Below, piece after piece: positions 1 through 8,460 of a stretch of DNA of 26,932 nt. Position 1 is the first letter of the stretch. Each line of letters starts with the position of its first letter. A program made the position numbers and the translations under genes. Under the pieces are notes generated by a model. It had not been told where the DNA came from. It did not search any database and was given only the letters and a program-made list of their open reading frames with translations. Source of the stretch: a virus (Duplodnaviria > Caudoviricetes); the IMG/VR virus record IMGVR_UViG_3300044728_000090, positions 1-26,932 of that record; one strand, 5' to 3'.

Positions 1-248
1 AAGTCCAGAGCTGACTCAATAGGCTTGCGCTGCACGTCACGACCGTACTGACTGATGTTCTCGATACCAGTCTTGCCCATCCTTCGAGCCTGTAGCTCAA
101 TATACGCGGGGATGTCTCTACGCTTCAAGGCCATCTCAGCCTGAACTTCTAGGGGTGATTCTTCGATGCTGGATCGGTCAGCACCAGCCAGTGCAGACTC
201 GAGGAGGGATGGTCGTGGATCGTTACTGAAGGGATTGTCGGAGGCCAT
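1..248 (-). CDS. Hypothetical protein, partial (runs off the left edge), begins MASDNPFSNDPRPSLLESALAG
   Basis: Manual translation: ATG at 248 with GGAG 8 nt upstream, open to position 1; follows the RuvC-like gene on the same strand. Confidence 0.6.
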   Translation of the reverse strand, partial: MASDNPFSNDPRPSLLESALAGADRSSIEESPLEVQAEMALKRRDIPAYIELQARRMGKTGIENISQYGRDVQRKPIESALD

Positions 249-287
249 GCGGGATGCTCCATTCTGAGTTCCCGTAATAATACTCTG

Positions 288-752
288 CTATTCAGTGTTT
301 TGCATCGCGTACCGTAATAGATGGAATGCATCTGCCTCATTATCCGAAGTAATGCTTGGGTTGTGCTGCTGTGCTGCGCGGATCATCATTGGCTTGTCGG
401 CATGCCCATTGCTGGTGGCGAACTTCTTGATGGTGGTCACGCCTATCCCAGTAGGGACGATTCCCCTTATGCATGCTTCAAGCTCGGTAGTGGTCTCGAA
501 TGAGCCGTAGACGTGTGCTGCCCGACTCCCGGCATGACTCACCACCTCCTCGTAGTACAGGTGCGTGATCTTGAACTTGTCGAGCATCTCAGCCAGCCAG
601 AAGGCATAGTGCATGAACGAGTAGCAGCGATGGACACCACGGGCCACGTCGAAGTTCTCATGGCCTGACATGATCCCCTCATGGTTGAAGATCGCCCAGC
701 CTGTATTGAGGCCAAGGTCTAGCGCGATGATAGCCTTCTTCCTGTGGATCAT
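288..752 (-). CDS. RuvC-like Holliday junction resolvase (phage type)
   Basis: N-terminal ALDLGLNTGWA strand, YYEEV, 'TIKKFAT.NG.ADK..MI' and 'DNEADA' motifs typical of RNase H-fold RuvC-like resolvases. Confidence 0.8.
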   Translation of the reverse strand: MIHRKKAIIALDLGLNTGWAIFNHEGIMSGHENFDVARGVHRCYSFMHYAFWLAEMLDKFKITHLYYEEVVSHAGSRAAHVYGSFETTTELEACIRGIVPTGIGVTTIKKFATSNGHADKPMMIRAAQQHNPSITSDNEADAFHLLRYAMQNTE

Positions 753-2149
753 ACGGCGTAGGGATTGACTCGAGGCTTGTACTCGTCGACGTACTCTTCG
801 TCAGGATCATAGGGCCTTGGGTTCAGCTCGATCCAGCCATTGTCCGAGAGGAACCGGATCGCCATCGATGCACTGTCCACGTAGTCATCCCGAGTGCAGT
901 CAGGGAATGAGCACAGTTGACTGAGGAATCCCTCTGCCCAGCTCTTCACGTAGCCTCGCTTGTTGGCACTCTCAGGTAGCCAGACACGTCCGGTGATGAA
1001 TACGGAGGCAGCTATCTGGAGCCTCTGCATCTTGTCAGCTCGTCCGGGGTTCCAGCCTCTGACCGGGAGGTAAGCCTTCTGAAGTTCCTGTATGAGCGAT
1101 ATCCCAGCGGCCTTGTCCTCGACCAGTATGATGTCCGGTCGCTTGGCTGTCGTGCCTGAGCCGTAGAGCACACCGAATTCCTCGATTACCTTGGGCTTCA
1201 GGTTGGGGAAAGTGAGGTGCTCCTCCCAGCAGTCTATGAGCATGATCGACGTTGGGCCATCCAGTGGCTTGAACACTCCCCACGTGGTCATCGCCGTAGG
1301 ATCATTGTAGAGCTTCTCGGTAAAGGCACAGTCGTAGGCTTGGACGATGTACTCGAACTCGGGGAATTCCCTGTCGTGAGGCCATAGCCGGAACATGCTG
1401 CGACTGACGACCTTGCCCTCCTCCAGATCGATGATCTCGCCCAAGACCTCCTGATTGTAGAGCTGAGTACCCTTGTACCGCTCGAGCTGCTTGGAGAATG
1501 TGGGGGACAGGTTCTCTATGTTGGCGTAGGAAGTAGCCCGATCTATGATGACATCATCACCCTCACGATCCACCAGCTCCACGATCAAGTCCTTGTTCCG
1601 TGGTGTAGTGGTTACGATCACCCGAGGAGATGGCCCAAGACGGAGCCCCATGTTCATCATGTCCCAAGCCTGACCTTCATCGAGATAGTTGAATGCAGCC
1701 AGCTCATCAGCCCAGCAGCCATGCCACTGTGGGCCACGGAGCCGCTCGTAGGAGTCGCCTGAGATACCTCGGATGGAGCTGCCGTTCATCAATATGATCT
1801 GGTGATCCTGCTTGTTGTATGACTCGATGAGTTCAGGTGGGATGACAGCGATCAGGCCAGACTCGCCCTCGAAGCAGGTGTGCTTGATGTCATTAGATGT
1901 CGGAGCCAGCACGAGATACCGCCAGTTGGGATTCTTCCAGCACCACCACCATACGGCCTCGACAGCACTACGGGTCTTGCCGGAGCCACGTCCTGCCAGC
2001 AGCATCCAGATGAGCCAGTCCTGCTCGAGAGGTGGAGGTATCTGGTAGCCATGAGCCTCCATGAGCCATTCGGTATGTGCGATGAGAGCGATCCTGTCCA
2101 GCTCATCGAAGCTGCTCCACGTCTGTTCCGTTACCAGTTCTGCCAGCAT
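749..2149 (-). CDS. terL: Terminase large subunit (Terminase_6-like)
   Basis: Walker A AGRGSGKT, LRGPQ..GCWADE Walker B, VTTTP motif C, C-terminal nuclease with YDCA, EDKAAG and DDYVDS. Confidence 0.93.
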   Translation of the reverse strand: MLAELVTEQTWSSFDELDRIALIAHTEWLMEAHGYQIPPPLEQDWLIWMLLAGRGSGKTRSAVEAVWWWCWKNPNWRYLVLAPTSNDIKHTCFEGESGLIAVIPPELIESYNKQDHQIILMNGSSIRGISGDSYERLRGPQWHGCWADELAAFNYLDEGQAWDMMNMGLRLGPSPRVIVTTTPRNKDLIVELVDREGDDVIIDRATSYANIENLSPTFSKQLERYKGTQLYNQEVLGEIIDLEEGKVVSRSMFRLWPHDREFPEFEYIVQAYDCAFTEKLYNDPTAMTTWGVFKPLDGPTSIMLIDCWEEHLTFPNLKPKVIEEFGVLYGSGTTAKRPDIILVEDKAAGISLIQELQKAYLPVRGWNPGRADKMQRLQIAASVFITGRVWLPESANKRGYVKSWAEGFLSQLCSFPDCTRDDYVDSASMAIRFLSDNGWIELNPRPYDPDEEYVDEYKPRVNPYAV

Positions 2150-2196
2150 TCGTCTTAGTAATCAAGTCGGAATGCCGCATAGTACAATCAATCAGC

Positions 2197-2703
2197 TTAC
2201 TTGTGTCTGGACACGCACTGGTTACACCTACGATAGGATCGCTCGATGTCGTAGTCAGTCATGGCCTTGGTCTCCTTGCACGTGATGCACTTCTTGACGT
2301 TGTGCTTCGCGTACTTCTCGGTCTTGATGCGCTCGACACACACCATACATCTGCGTGATCCGAACTCGAACCGATAGTCAGGCAGTATCTTGGTGCAGGT
2401 CAAGCACTTCCGGACAGGCTTCTTGGTGGGATGTGGTGTGTGCTCCCTGCTGGACGGTATGCGCCTATCCTGTATGTCTATCCCTGCCGTGTAGAGCTGA
2501 TCCTGCCACTCTCCATTCTTGAACGTCCGAGCGAAGCACACCCGCTTGTCGGTCATCAGCTTGAGCACTATCTCAGTCAAGACACTGGAGGTAAGGCCAG
2601 CGTCTCTGTGAGTCTCAAGTACAGCAGCCATCGACATCGGGTGAGAGGAACTAGTCCCTACCAGTGTCGCGCATATCAGGTCATTCCACTTCTCTATCTG
2701 CAT
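2197..2703 (-). CDS. Hypothetical protein with two C-terminal CxxC...CxxC zinc-ribbon repeats
   Basis: CLTC...RRCMVC and CITC...RRCNQC; sits in operon between ssb and terL. Confidence 0.6.
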   Translation of the reverse strand: MQIEKWNDLICATLVGTSSSHPMSMAAVLETHRDAGLTSSVLTEIVLKLMTDKRVCFARTFKNGEWQDQLYTAGIDIQDRRIPSSREHTPHPTKKPVRKCLTCTKILPDYRFEFGSRRCMVCVERIKTEKYAKHNVKKCITCKETKAMTDYDIERSYRRCNQCVSRHK

Positions 2704-2716
2704 CTAAGTACATGAA

Positions 2717-3142
2717 TTAGAACGGTATGTCATCGTCGAAGTTGTCGAAGTTCTGTACTGGCTTAGGTGGAGGTGTTGCCTTAGGTGGTGCTGCTCCGGC
2801 TTCATCCTCCTTTTTCTTGCCACTGGACAGGAACTTCATGTCGTTCACTATGATCTCGGTAGTATACCGCTCCACCCCTTCCTTCTCGTACTTCCGTGTA
2901 GCCAGCTTGCCCTCAACGTATATCTGTGAACCCTTGACGAGATACTTAGCTGCCAAGTCTGCAAGCTGCCGGAAGAAGATCAGGTTGTGAAACTCAGCCT
3001 TCTCCTGCTTCTCCCCGCTCTTGTCCGTCCACTTTTCGCTAGTCGCCAGTGATGCATTGGCTACCGAGTCACCATTCTTCAGGCTCCTTAGGTCTACATC
3101 TCTGGTTAGCCGCCCTACTAGTATGACCTTGTTAACACTCAT
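2717..3142 (-). CDS. ssb: Single-stranded DNA-binding protein
   Basis: MSVNKVILVGRL start, YLVKGSQIYVEGKL OB-fold motif, acidic DDDIPF tail; start moved to ATG 3142 behind AGGT. Confidence 0.97.
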   Translation of the reverse strand: MSVNKVILVGRLTRDVDLRSLKNGDSVANASLATSEKWTDKSGEKQEKAEFHNLIFFRQLADLAAKYLVKGSQIYVEGKLATRKYEKEGVERYTTEIIVNDMKFLSSGKKKEDEAGAAPPKATPPPKPVQNFDNFDDDIPF

Positions 3143-3182
3143 AATATTCACCTACCTTGTTAAATGTTGTAGTGGTCACCTG

Positions 3183-4037
3183 TTACTTAGCGAATGGATT
3201 CCCGAAGAAGAATGGGAGCTTCAGTGCATCGTTCACCTTGGCGATCATTGTCTTGGTAGCGGCCTCGAGCACCTTGTCCAGCCTGATCAGCTCGTAGTGG
3301 AATGTGAGCTTGCCATCCCTCTGGCGGTAGCGTAGCCGAGCATCAACTTGGTAAGGATCGCCACCCCAGAAGACAGGTATCCCGATAGTGAATCGCTCGA
3401 ACATCTGCATCTTGGAGATCGTCTGGGCATCCTCGCTATCAACGAACTGCATGTTCACTGTACCGCTCTGGAGCCGGATCGCTGACTTGAACCGCTTCTC
3501 CTGATTGGCTTCGAAGTCCAGTGCCATCTCAAGCATCTGACCACCACTTGGGCTCTCACCCACCTTCACGATGTCCTTGAGGTTATCCTCGACGAATGTA
3601 GCGAACTCAGCCTGTGTGAATGAGGTCTTGTTCTTCTCCTTCCACCTGAACCACTCGGTAGAGAATGCTGGTGAGAATATGGCTAGGTGGTCTCTCCATG
3701 CTGGCGCATCTGCACTAGCACCGTGGTCATTCAGGATAGCTGTGAAGCTGACCTTCCCGTTGAAGTAGTCGGCATTGCACCAGATTGATGTGTCCTTGGC
3801 TATGTTATGTCGCTTGACGTAGTTGATGAAGCTATCCACGTCCAGCAGTCCTACAGTCCCCATCTTCCGGCGCGGGGTTGCATGATACTTCTCATCGTCG
3901 TAATCCTTGATTGTCCAGCCTTCAGGTGTGGCTATGCGAGACACGTGCTCACTGTGCGTCTCGATCCGTGTTGGCTGCTTCATCTCCTTAGCCAGTGTCT
4001 GCGCTAGGTTCTGTCCATCTACGTCTGGTATTCCCAT
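3183..4037 (-). CDS. YfdQ / DUF2303 family phage protein
   Basis: 'SFINYVKRH', 'Q.EFA.F.EDN..DI', 'F.IGIPVF.GG..Y...ARLRYR' patterns; paired with upstream YfdP-like gene. Confidence 0.8.
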   Translation of the reverse strand: MGIPDVDGQNLAQTLAKEMKQPTRIETHSEHVSRIATPEGWTIKDYDDEKYHATPRRKMGTVGLLDVDSFINYVKRHNIAKDTSIWCNADYFNGKVSFTAILNDHGASADAPAWRDHLAIFSPAFSTEWFRWKEKNKTSFTQAEFATFVEDNLKDIVKVGESPSGGQMLEMALDFEANQEKRFKSAIRLQSGTVNMQFVDSEDAQTISKMQMFERFTIGIPVFWGGDPYQVDARLRYRQRDGKLTFHYELIRLDKVLEAATKTMIAKVNDALKLPFFFGNPFAK

Positions 4038-4064
4038 GAATCGCTCCTAAGTATGTTGTTGGTA

Positions 4065-4403
4065 TTACGACTGGATGCTTCTCAGCACGGTAGATGCTGG
4101 CTCAATCTGTTGCAGGTCTAGCTTCATCTGGCTCGGGTCATCAGCTACCAGATTGCCCTCGGGTGTAGCGAACAGGAGTACCTCATGTGGCAGGTCTGCT
4201 GGCTTGGTAAGCATGGTCTTCCCGGTAACATGCATAGCACCACCACGGGTAGCCTTCTTGACCGATATGGTCAGTGTCACCTTGCCCGATCCGCCTCGCT
4301 CCGAGATCGCTGTCACGAGCTCATTCAGTTGATCGCTTGCTTCATCTAGGAACTCACCACCAGATATGACTCGTATTGTGTCTGTAATAGGTCTGATCAT
4401 CAT
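4065..4403 (-). CDS. YfdP-like phage protein (usual partner of DUF2303)
   Basis: 'G.VTLTISVK' and 'FATPEGNL...DP.Q..L' pattern; AAGGAG RBS. Confidence 0.65.
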   Translation of the reverse strand: MMIRPITDTIRVISGGEFLDEASDQLNELVTAISERGGSGKVTLTISVKKATRGGAMHVTGKTMLTKPADLPHEVLLFATPEGNLVADDPSQMKLDLQQIEPASTVLRSIQS

Positions 4404-4667
4404 GCTCTCCTTGGTAAGTGGGGACGATTCCCCGTAATGTAAGTGACCGTCTGTCCGATCTGCCTTCGCTCTCCAATTTTCGGAACCTTCTTGCGATTGC
4501 GAAGGTGAAAGGTTAGGTCGCTGGGATTTCTACTTTACGCCCTGATCCCATTGACCTCGCGCTATGCCAACAAGATTGGATTCAGCGTTGGCTATTCACG
4601 AATATGCAAAACTCAGGACAACCTCTGTGCCGTCGACACGGCAGGAAGAAAAGGGACGAGTCCCTAA

Positions 4668-5285
4668 TTACCGCTCCCTGTACCACTTGGTCATTACCGC
4701 TACCTCATGCAGGAACTCCTGACCTCGCTCCTCCAGCTCCCTGATCTCAGACAGCTTGGGCTCCAGCGGGATGATCAGCAGCTTGTTCTTGTAGCTCTCC
4801 ATCCGTGGATCGAATGAGGCGAACTTGCCCCACTCCTTGCCGCTACAGGCCATCTCCCACAGCATCTGCTTACGATAGTCAGGAGGTATGACAGGATTCT
4901 CAATATAGCTCATGTGCGTGTCGGTATTGGGTGACTTGACCTCGAGCACACCACCACCCTGAAGCAGTCCATCAGGTGTCGCCGCAGCCATCGCTATGAT
5001 CGGGTGCTCGGTCGTATCGGTAGGCGTGACCACATAGTCGTGCAGGTACTCCAGCAGCCTGATCGCCTCGGGTTCCTGTTCAATACCCCACTGGATAGCT
5101 GGCAGGTGGCTGATGTCCTTCTCCTGAGACGTACCAGTGAGACGCTCGAATACCAGTTGACGTATGAGCTTGTTCCGGGTGACCGATTCAGCAGTACCCT
5201 TGCCGTTCCTCATCGCATTGGCTATCTTGCTGCCCGTGAGCTTGCCGAGCCTACGAGCGAACCACTCAGGTGACCTTACTGGCAT
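4668..5285 (-). CDS. YqaJ / lambda-exonuclease-like recombination nuclease
   Basis: EWFARRLGKLTGS, WGIEQEPEA, ATPDGL, LEVKSP, Q..WEM PD-(D/E)xK motifs; start at MPVRSPEWF chosen, uncertain. Confidence 0.9.
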   Translation of the reverse strand: MPVRSPEWFARRLGKLTGSKIANAMRNGKGTAESVTRNKLIRQLVFERLTGTSQEKDISHLPAIQWGIEQEPEAIRLLEYLHDYVVTPTDTTEHPIIAMAAATPDGLLQGGGVLEVKSPNTDTHMSYIENPVIPPDYRKQMLWEMACSGKEWGKFASFDPRMESYKNKLLIIPLEPKLSEIRELEERGQEFLHEVAVMTKWYRER

Positions 5286-5461
5286 CGTATCTTCCGATCT
5301 TCCTCCAGTGCCAGCTTGACGGTCATGCATATGGCGATGAAGATTGGTGTGTTCTTCATTAGCTCATATTGCGGGATAGGCGGAACGACCTTCCTCATCT
5401 CGGAGTCAGTCTTCATCAGCCTGTAGACCATCTCCCCTACTTCATCAACAGGAGTCATCAT
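5276..5461 (-). CDS. Hypothetical protein
   Basis: Fills the gap between adjacent co-oriented genes; start uncertain. Confidence 0.5.
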   Translation of the reverse strand: MMTPVDEVGEMVYRLMKTDSEMRKVVPPIPQYELMKNTPIFIAICMTVKLALEEDRKIRCQ

Positions 5462-5462
5462 G

Positions 5463-5837
5463 TCAGTGTACCAAGGATGGATTGATGGCTGCGAGACCTG
5501 CTTCATACCCTCGCTGATAGGCTTCCTTGGACGCGATCTCCGTGTCCCTGAGGAGTATGGCTATGTATTCCTCGGATGACTTGATCATGCGCTTGGTGGA
5601 TGCATCGAGCTGATTAACCATGCTCTTGAAGTTGGCATCACTGATCTTCTTCTCCTCAGCCACTGCCAGCTCAACCACGTCACATATGCAGGTGAATACC
5701 GCCGTACTGAGACACTCTTCGAATGACATCTTCAAGGCATTCCAGCTACCAGTCTTGCCATTCTTATCGGCAGCAGTATTACCAGCAGCCATGAATAGCC
5801 TGTACGTCCTCTCCTCTATCGTCTCAGGCTTGCTCAT
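5463..5837 (-). CDS. Hypothetical protein
   Basis: ATGA overlap with upstream gene at 5834-5837, GGAAG/GGTGG upstream. Confidence 0.6.
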   Translation of the reverse strand: MSKPETIEERTYRLFMAAGNTAADKNGKTGSWNALKMSFEECLSTAVFTCICDVVELAVAEEKKISDANFKSMVNQLDASTKRMIKSSEEYIAILLRDTEIASKEAYQRGYEAGLAAINPSLVH

Positions 5838-6028
5838 GCTTCCACCCACTTCTGCTGTAGCTCATGGAGCAGCCCGGATGCCAGCACCTTCCTGAACCAG
5901 TCGTGCGGGTACTGACCATCACGAACCCTCTTGATCTCATCGCAGACATCACCCCATTCCCGGCCTGTGGTTGTCTTCCTGAGCTTGTCCATCTCATCGT
6001 CCGTCAGTGACATATTTGAGTCGCTCAT
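5834..6028 (-). CDS. Hypothetical phage protein (W..VCDEIK..R.G.YP.DW pattern)
   Basis: AGGAGG RBS, ATGA coupling on both sides. Confidence 0.65.
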   Translation of the reverse strand: MSDSNMSLTDDEMDKLRKTTTGREWGDVCDEIKRVRDGQYPHDWFRKVLASGLLHELQQKWVEA

Positions 6029-6213
6029 GTACCCTCCTGACAAGTATATGTTTCTTGCGCTATCAACTTATCGGTAGCAACATTCAACAGGTATAGTGCA
6101 TCCCGCTTGTCGAACTTACCGCCATCACTAGACTCCATCTTTACCCGTGAATAGCCATCCTCATACAGGATCAAGGTAATCTTGACCTTGGGTACTCTCT
6201 CTTGGTCGCTCAT
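6025..6213 (-). CDS. Hypothetical protein
   Basis: GAGGAGG RBS, ATGA coupling on both sides. Confidence 0.6.
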   Translation of the reverse strand: MSDQERVPKVKITLILYEDGYSRVKMESSDGGKFDKRDALYLLNVATDKLIAQETYTCQEGT

Positions 6214-6410
6214 GTCTTCATCCTCCTCTCAGCCTCAGTTAGCATAGCCTTTGCCATATCGAATGAGTCATGAGCAATAGCCGCCATATCACAGGTGTTT
6301 ATCTTGCCACCATACTCAGTTATGAACGACTTCATGGCCTCTGCTGCGTAGTACTCGAGCATGGTCATACCGCCATATATCTGTGCGCCATTAGGAAATG
6401 CTGATCTCAT
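6210..6410 (-). CDS. Small phage protein of the 'AFP...GMTLRDYFA...ADAML..R' family (paralog 1)
   Basis: SAFP, GGMTMLEYYAAEAM, SFDMAKAMLTE motifs; coupled to the erf stop. Confidence 0.7.
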   Translation of the reverse strand: MRSAFPNGAQIYGGMTMLEYYAAEAMKSFITEYGGKINTCDMAAIAHDSFDMAKAMLTEAERRMKT

Positions 6411-7108
6411 GATGTCACCTTAGCCTCGTCCAGCATGTTCTTCTCGCGCTCCCTGAGTGATGCCATGCCTCTCTTGTAGCCAGCTATGGTCATCTCCTCC
6501 AGCGAATTCACCTTGTAGTAGCGCAGGAATTTGGCTCCCTCTGTCTTGGATGCAGTGATCAGCCTCCTCATATCAGCTACCTGCTCCTCATTCACGAGGT
6601 CAGTATCAGGCTCCTCCTCTATGCGCTCTTCCTCCTTGTCCCCAGACTCGATCTCGAACAGCTTGAGGATGGCGTACTTCTTGGCGTATGAGAGGGCCTT
6701 GCCGGGAGCCTTGTCCTGAGTGTCCATAGCGTGAGCCTCCATCACGATCTCGATGGACTCAGATGGCTTGTCTGAATTGATGAATGTGAACTTGTAAGTG
6801 GCATCGTATCTGGCTTGCTTGCCCATGATGCCTACCGCGTGTGAGGCTGATCCCATCAAGGTAGGCACACAGATGATCCCGTATTCGATGAGGTGATCCC
6901 TGATCTTGGCAGTCACAGTATCGTGAGTCACGGCGAGATATGTCCCCTCTCCGGCCTTAACCTTCGTGACCTTCTGGACGTACCTGACCTCCTTCCGGAT
7001 CGCGTTGATGCGCTGGTATATATTCATCTCTCTCATGGCCTGTCTGTCGAGGTCGTCCAAGTCCCTCTGAGTGCAAGCTGCCATGCCCCCAATCTCGTCT
7101 GCTGTCAT
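6407..7108 (-). CDS. erf: ERF-family single-strand annealing protein
   Basis: ERF signature DKAPGKALSYAKKYAILKLFEI and MNIYQRI N-terminus; linked to YqaJ exonuclease and ssb. Confidence 0.85.
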   Translation of the reverse strand: MTADEIGGMAACTQRDLDDLDRQAMREMNIYQRINAIRKEVRYVQKVTKVKAGEGTYLAVTHDTVTAKIRDHLIEYGIICVPTLMGSASHAVGIMGKQARYDATYKFTFINSDKPSESIEIVMEAHAMDTQDKAPGKALSYAKKYAILKLFEIESGDKEEERIEEEPDTDLVNEEQVADMRRLITASKTEGAKFLRYYKVNSLEEMTIAGYKRGMASLREREKNMLDEAKVTS

Positions 7109-7152
7109 GCTGTCCCTTTCGTGGTTTAATGGATGTACGCGAAACAGTAGTA

Positions 7153-7181
7153 ATTATTCGCTAACTCGAATACAATGTCAA
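7153..7181 (-). promoter_or_regulatory. Leftward sigma70-like promoter containing a perfect 18-bp palindromic operator (7155-7172)
   Basis: Minus strand TTGACA-17nt-AATAAT; TATTCG-CTAACT-CGAATA lies inside it; located between divergent erf and cro-like genes. Confidence 0.7.
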
Positions 7182-7201
7182 GGTAATCATAAGGGGGAAT
7201 A

Positions 7202-7564
7202 ATGGAATTAACTCTAACACCATCCGAGATCATCGACATGCTGGGAGGGACATCGAAGACTGCTGCACTGTGCAATTCAGCGTGGTCTACCGTGTCTGAC
7301 TGGCGCAAGTTGAACCGGATTCCTGAGGCCAAGTTGATCGTTCTGGCATACCAGATCGAGATGGCTACAGCGGGTAGATGGAACAGGCAGAAGCTCTTCC
7401 CTGATGTCTGGGAGAAGATATGGCCTGAGGTCAAGGCAATTGAGGAAGCAGAAGCACTGAAGCGCAAGAAGAAGGAGGCCAAGCTACAAGCTGCGGTCAA
7501 CAAGGATCGTATCAAGACATATCAACCTAAAGGAGTAATAGCGAATGAACAGGACGTATCTTAG
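7202..7564 (+). CDS. Cro-like HTH transcriptional regulator (YdaS/Cro superfamily)
   Basis: 'IIDMLGGTSKTAALC...STVSDWRK...IP' HTH and 'RQKLFPDVW..IWPE' tail; first gene of the rightward replication operon. Confidence 0.8.
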   Translation: MELTLTPSEIIDMLGGTSKTAALCNSAWSTVSDWRKLNRIPEAKLIVLAYQIEMATAGRWNRQKLFPDVWEKIWPEVKAIEEAEALKRKKKEAKLQAAVNKDRIKTYQPKGVIANEQDVS

Positions 7565-8450
7565 GCATCCATTGAGTGCTGCATTCCCATCAATGGAGAC
7601 CGAAGCGTTTGAGGAATTGAAGGCTGACATCAGAAGGCATGGTGTCAAGGAGAAGATCGTGCTGTACGAGGGCATGATTATGGATGGGTGGCATAGGTAC
7701 GTGGCTCTCTGCCAGCTACAGATGCCGCTACCACCCATGCTCGACTTCGAGGGGAATGATCCAGTAGCAACAGTGATGTCGAAGAACCTCCACCGAAGGA
7801 ATATGGATGGCGCACAGAGGGCCTACTCAATCGCCCTCCTGAGTGAGTGGCAGAAGGGCAAGCCAGTGCCTCCTGCTCCCCGTGAGAGTGCTGCAAGTGT
7901 TGCTGTAGCCGTAGCAGAGAAGCCTATGTCCCGTAAGGCAGCAGCGGTACTAGCCGGGGTGGATGAGAAGACCATGACTCGGGCTCGGACAGTGGTCAAG
8001 CTCGGGACTCCGGAGGTGAAGCAAGCAGTGGTCGATGGGAAGATGGGTGTCACCGAGGCAGCACGTATCTCCAAGTTGCCGCCTGAGGTGCAATTGGCAG
8101 CGGTAGAGCAGAGCAAGGACTCGAAGTGGGTCAAGGGTACGAATAAGTCAGGTAAGCCTCGGGTGCTGAAGCTCGAGTACGATGAATTGCTGGGGCGGTA
8201 CGATGCACTGGTTGTCGAGTATGAAGCTGTCAGCAAGGAGCTGAAGCGATACAAGGATGCTGAGAGCACGGATACACAGGCTAAGCAGATCATGGAGCTA
8301 CATGCCCGTGTCGACTCTCTCATCTGGGCTCGTAATGACTGGCAGCGCAAGCATAGTCGACTGAACTATGAGCTGAAGACGCTGAAGGAGAAGGCCAAGA
8401 AGGGCAAGGGGATATTGGCGATACCAAATGGTGCAGGTAAATCGGTATAG
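7545..8450 (+). CDS. ParB N-terminal-like domain protein with HTH-like region and coiled-coil tail
   Basis: HPLSAAFP.M...FEELKADI...G, IMDGWHRY, SKNLHRRNM motifs of phage ParB/Srx-like domains. Confidence 0.75.
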   Translation: MNRTYLRHPLSAAFPSMETEAFEELKADIRRHGVKEKIVLYEGMIMDGWHRYVALCQLQMPLPPMLDFEGNDPVATVMSKNLHRRNMDGAQRAYSIALLSEWQKGKPVPPAPRESAASVAVAVAEKPMSRKAAAVLAGVDEKTMTRARTVVKLGTPEVKQAVVDGKMGVTEAARISKLPPEVQLAAVEQSKDSKWVKGTNKSGKPRVLKLEYDELLGRYDALVVEYEAVSKELKRYKDAESTDTQAKQIMELHARVDSLIWARNDWQRKHSRLNYELKTLKEKAKKGKGILAIPNGAGKSV

Positions 8451-8460
8451 GAGATGGGAC

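Noticed and set aside
149-340. ORF 149..340 (-)
   Set aside because: Overlaps the RuvC-like gene; another frame starting at 248 with an RBS stays open to the edge and is more plausible
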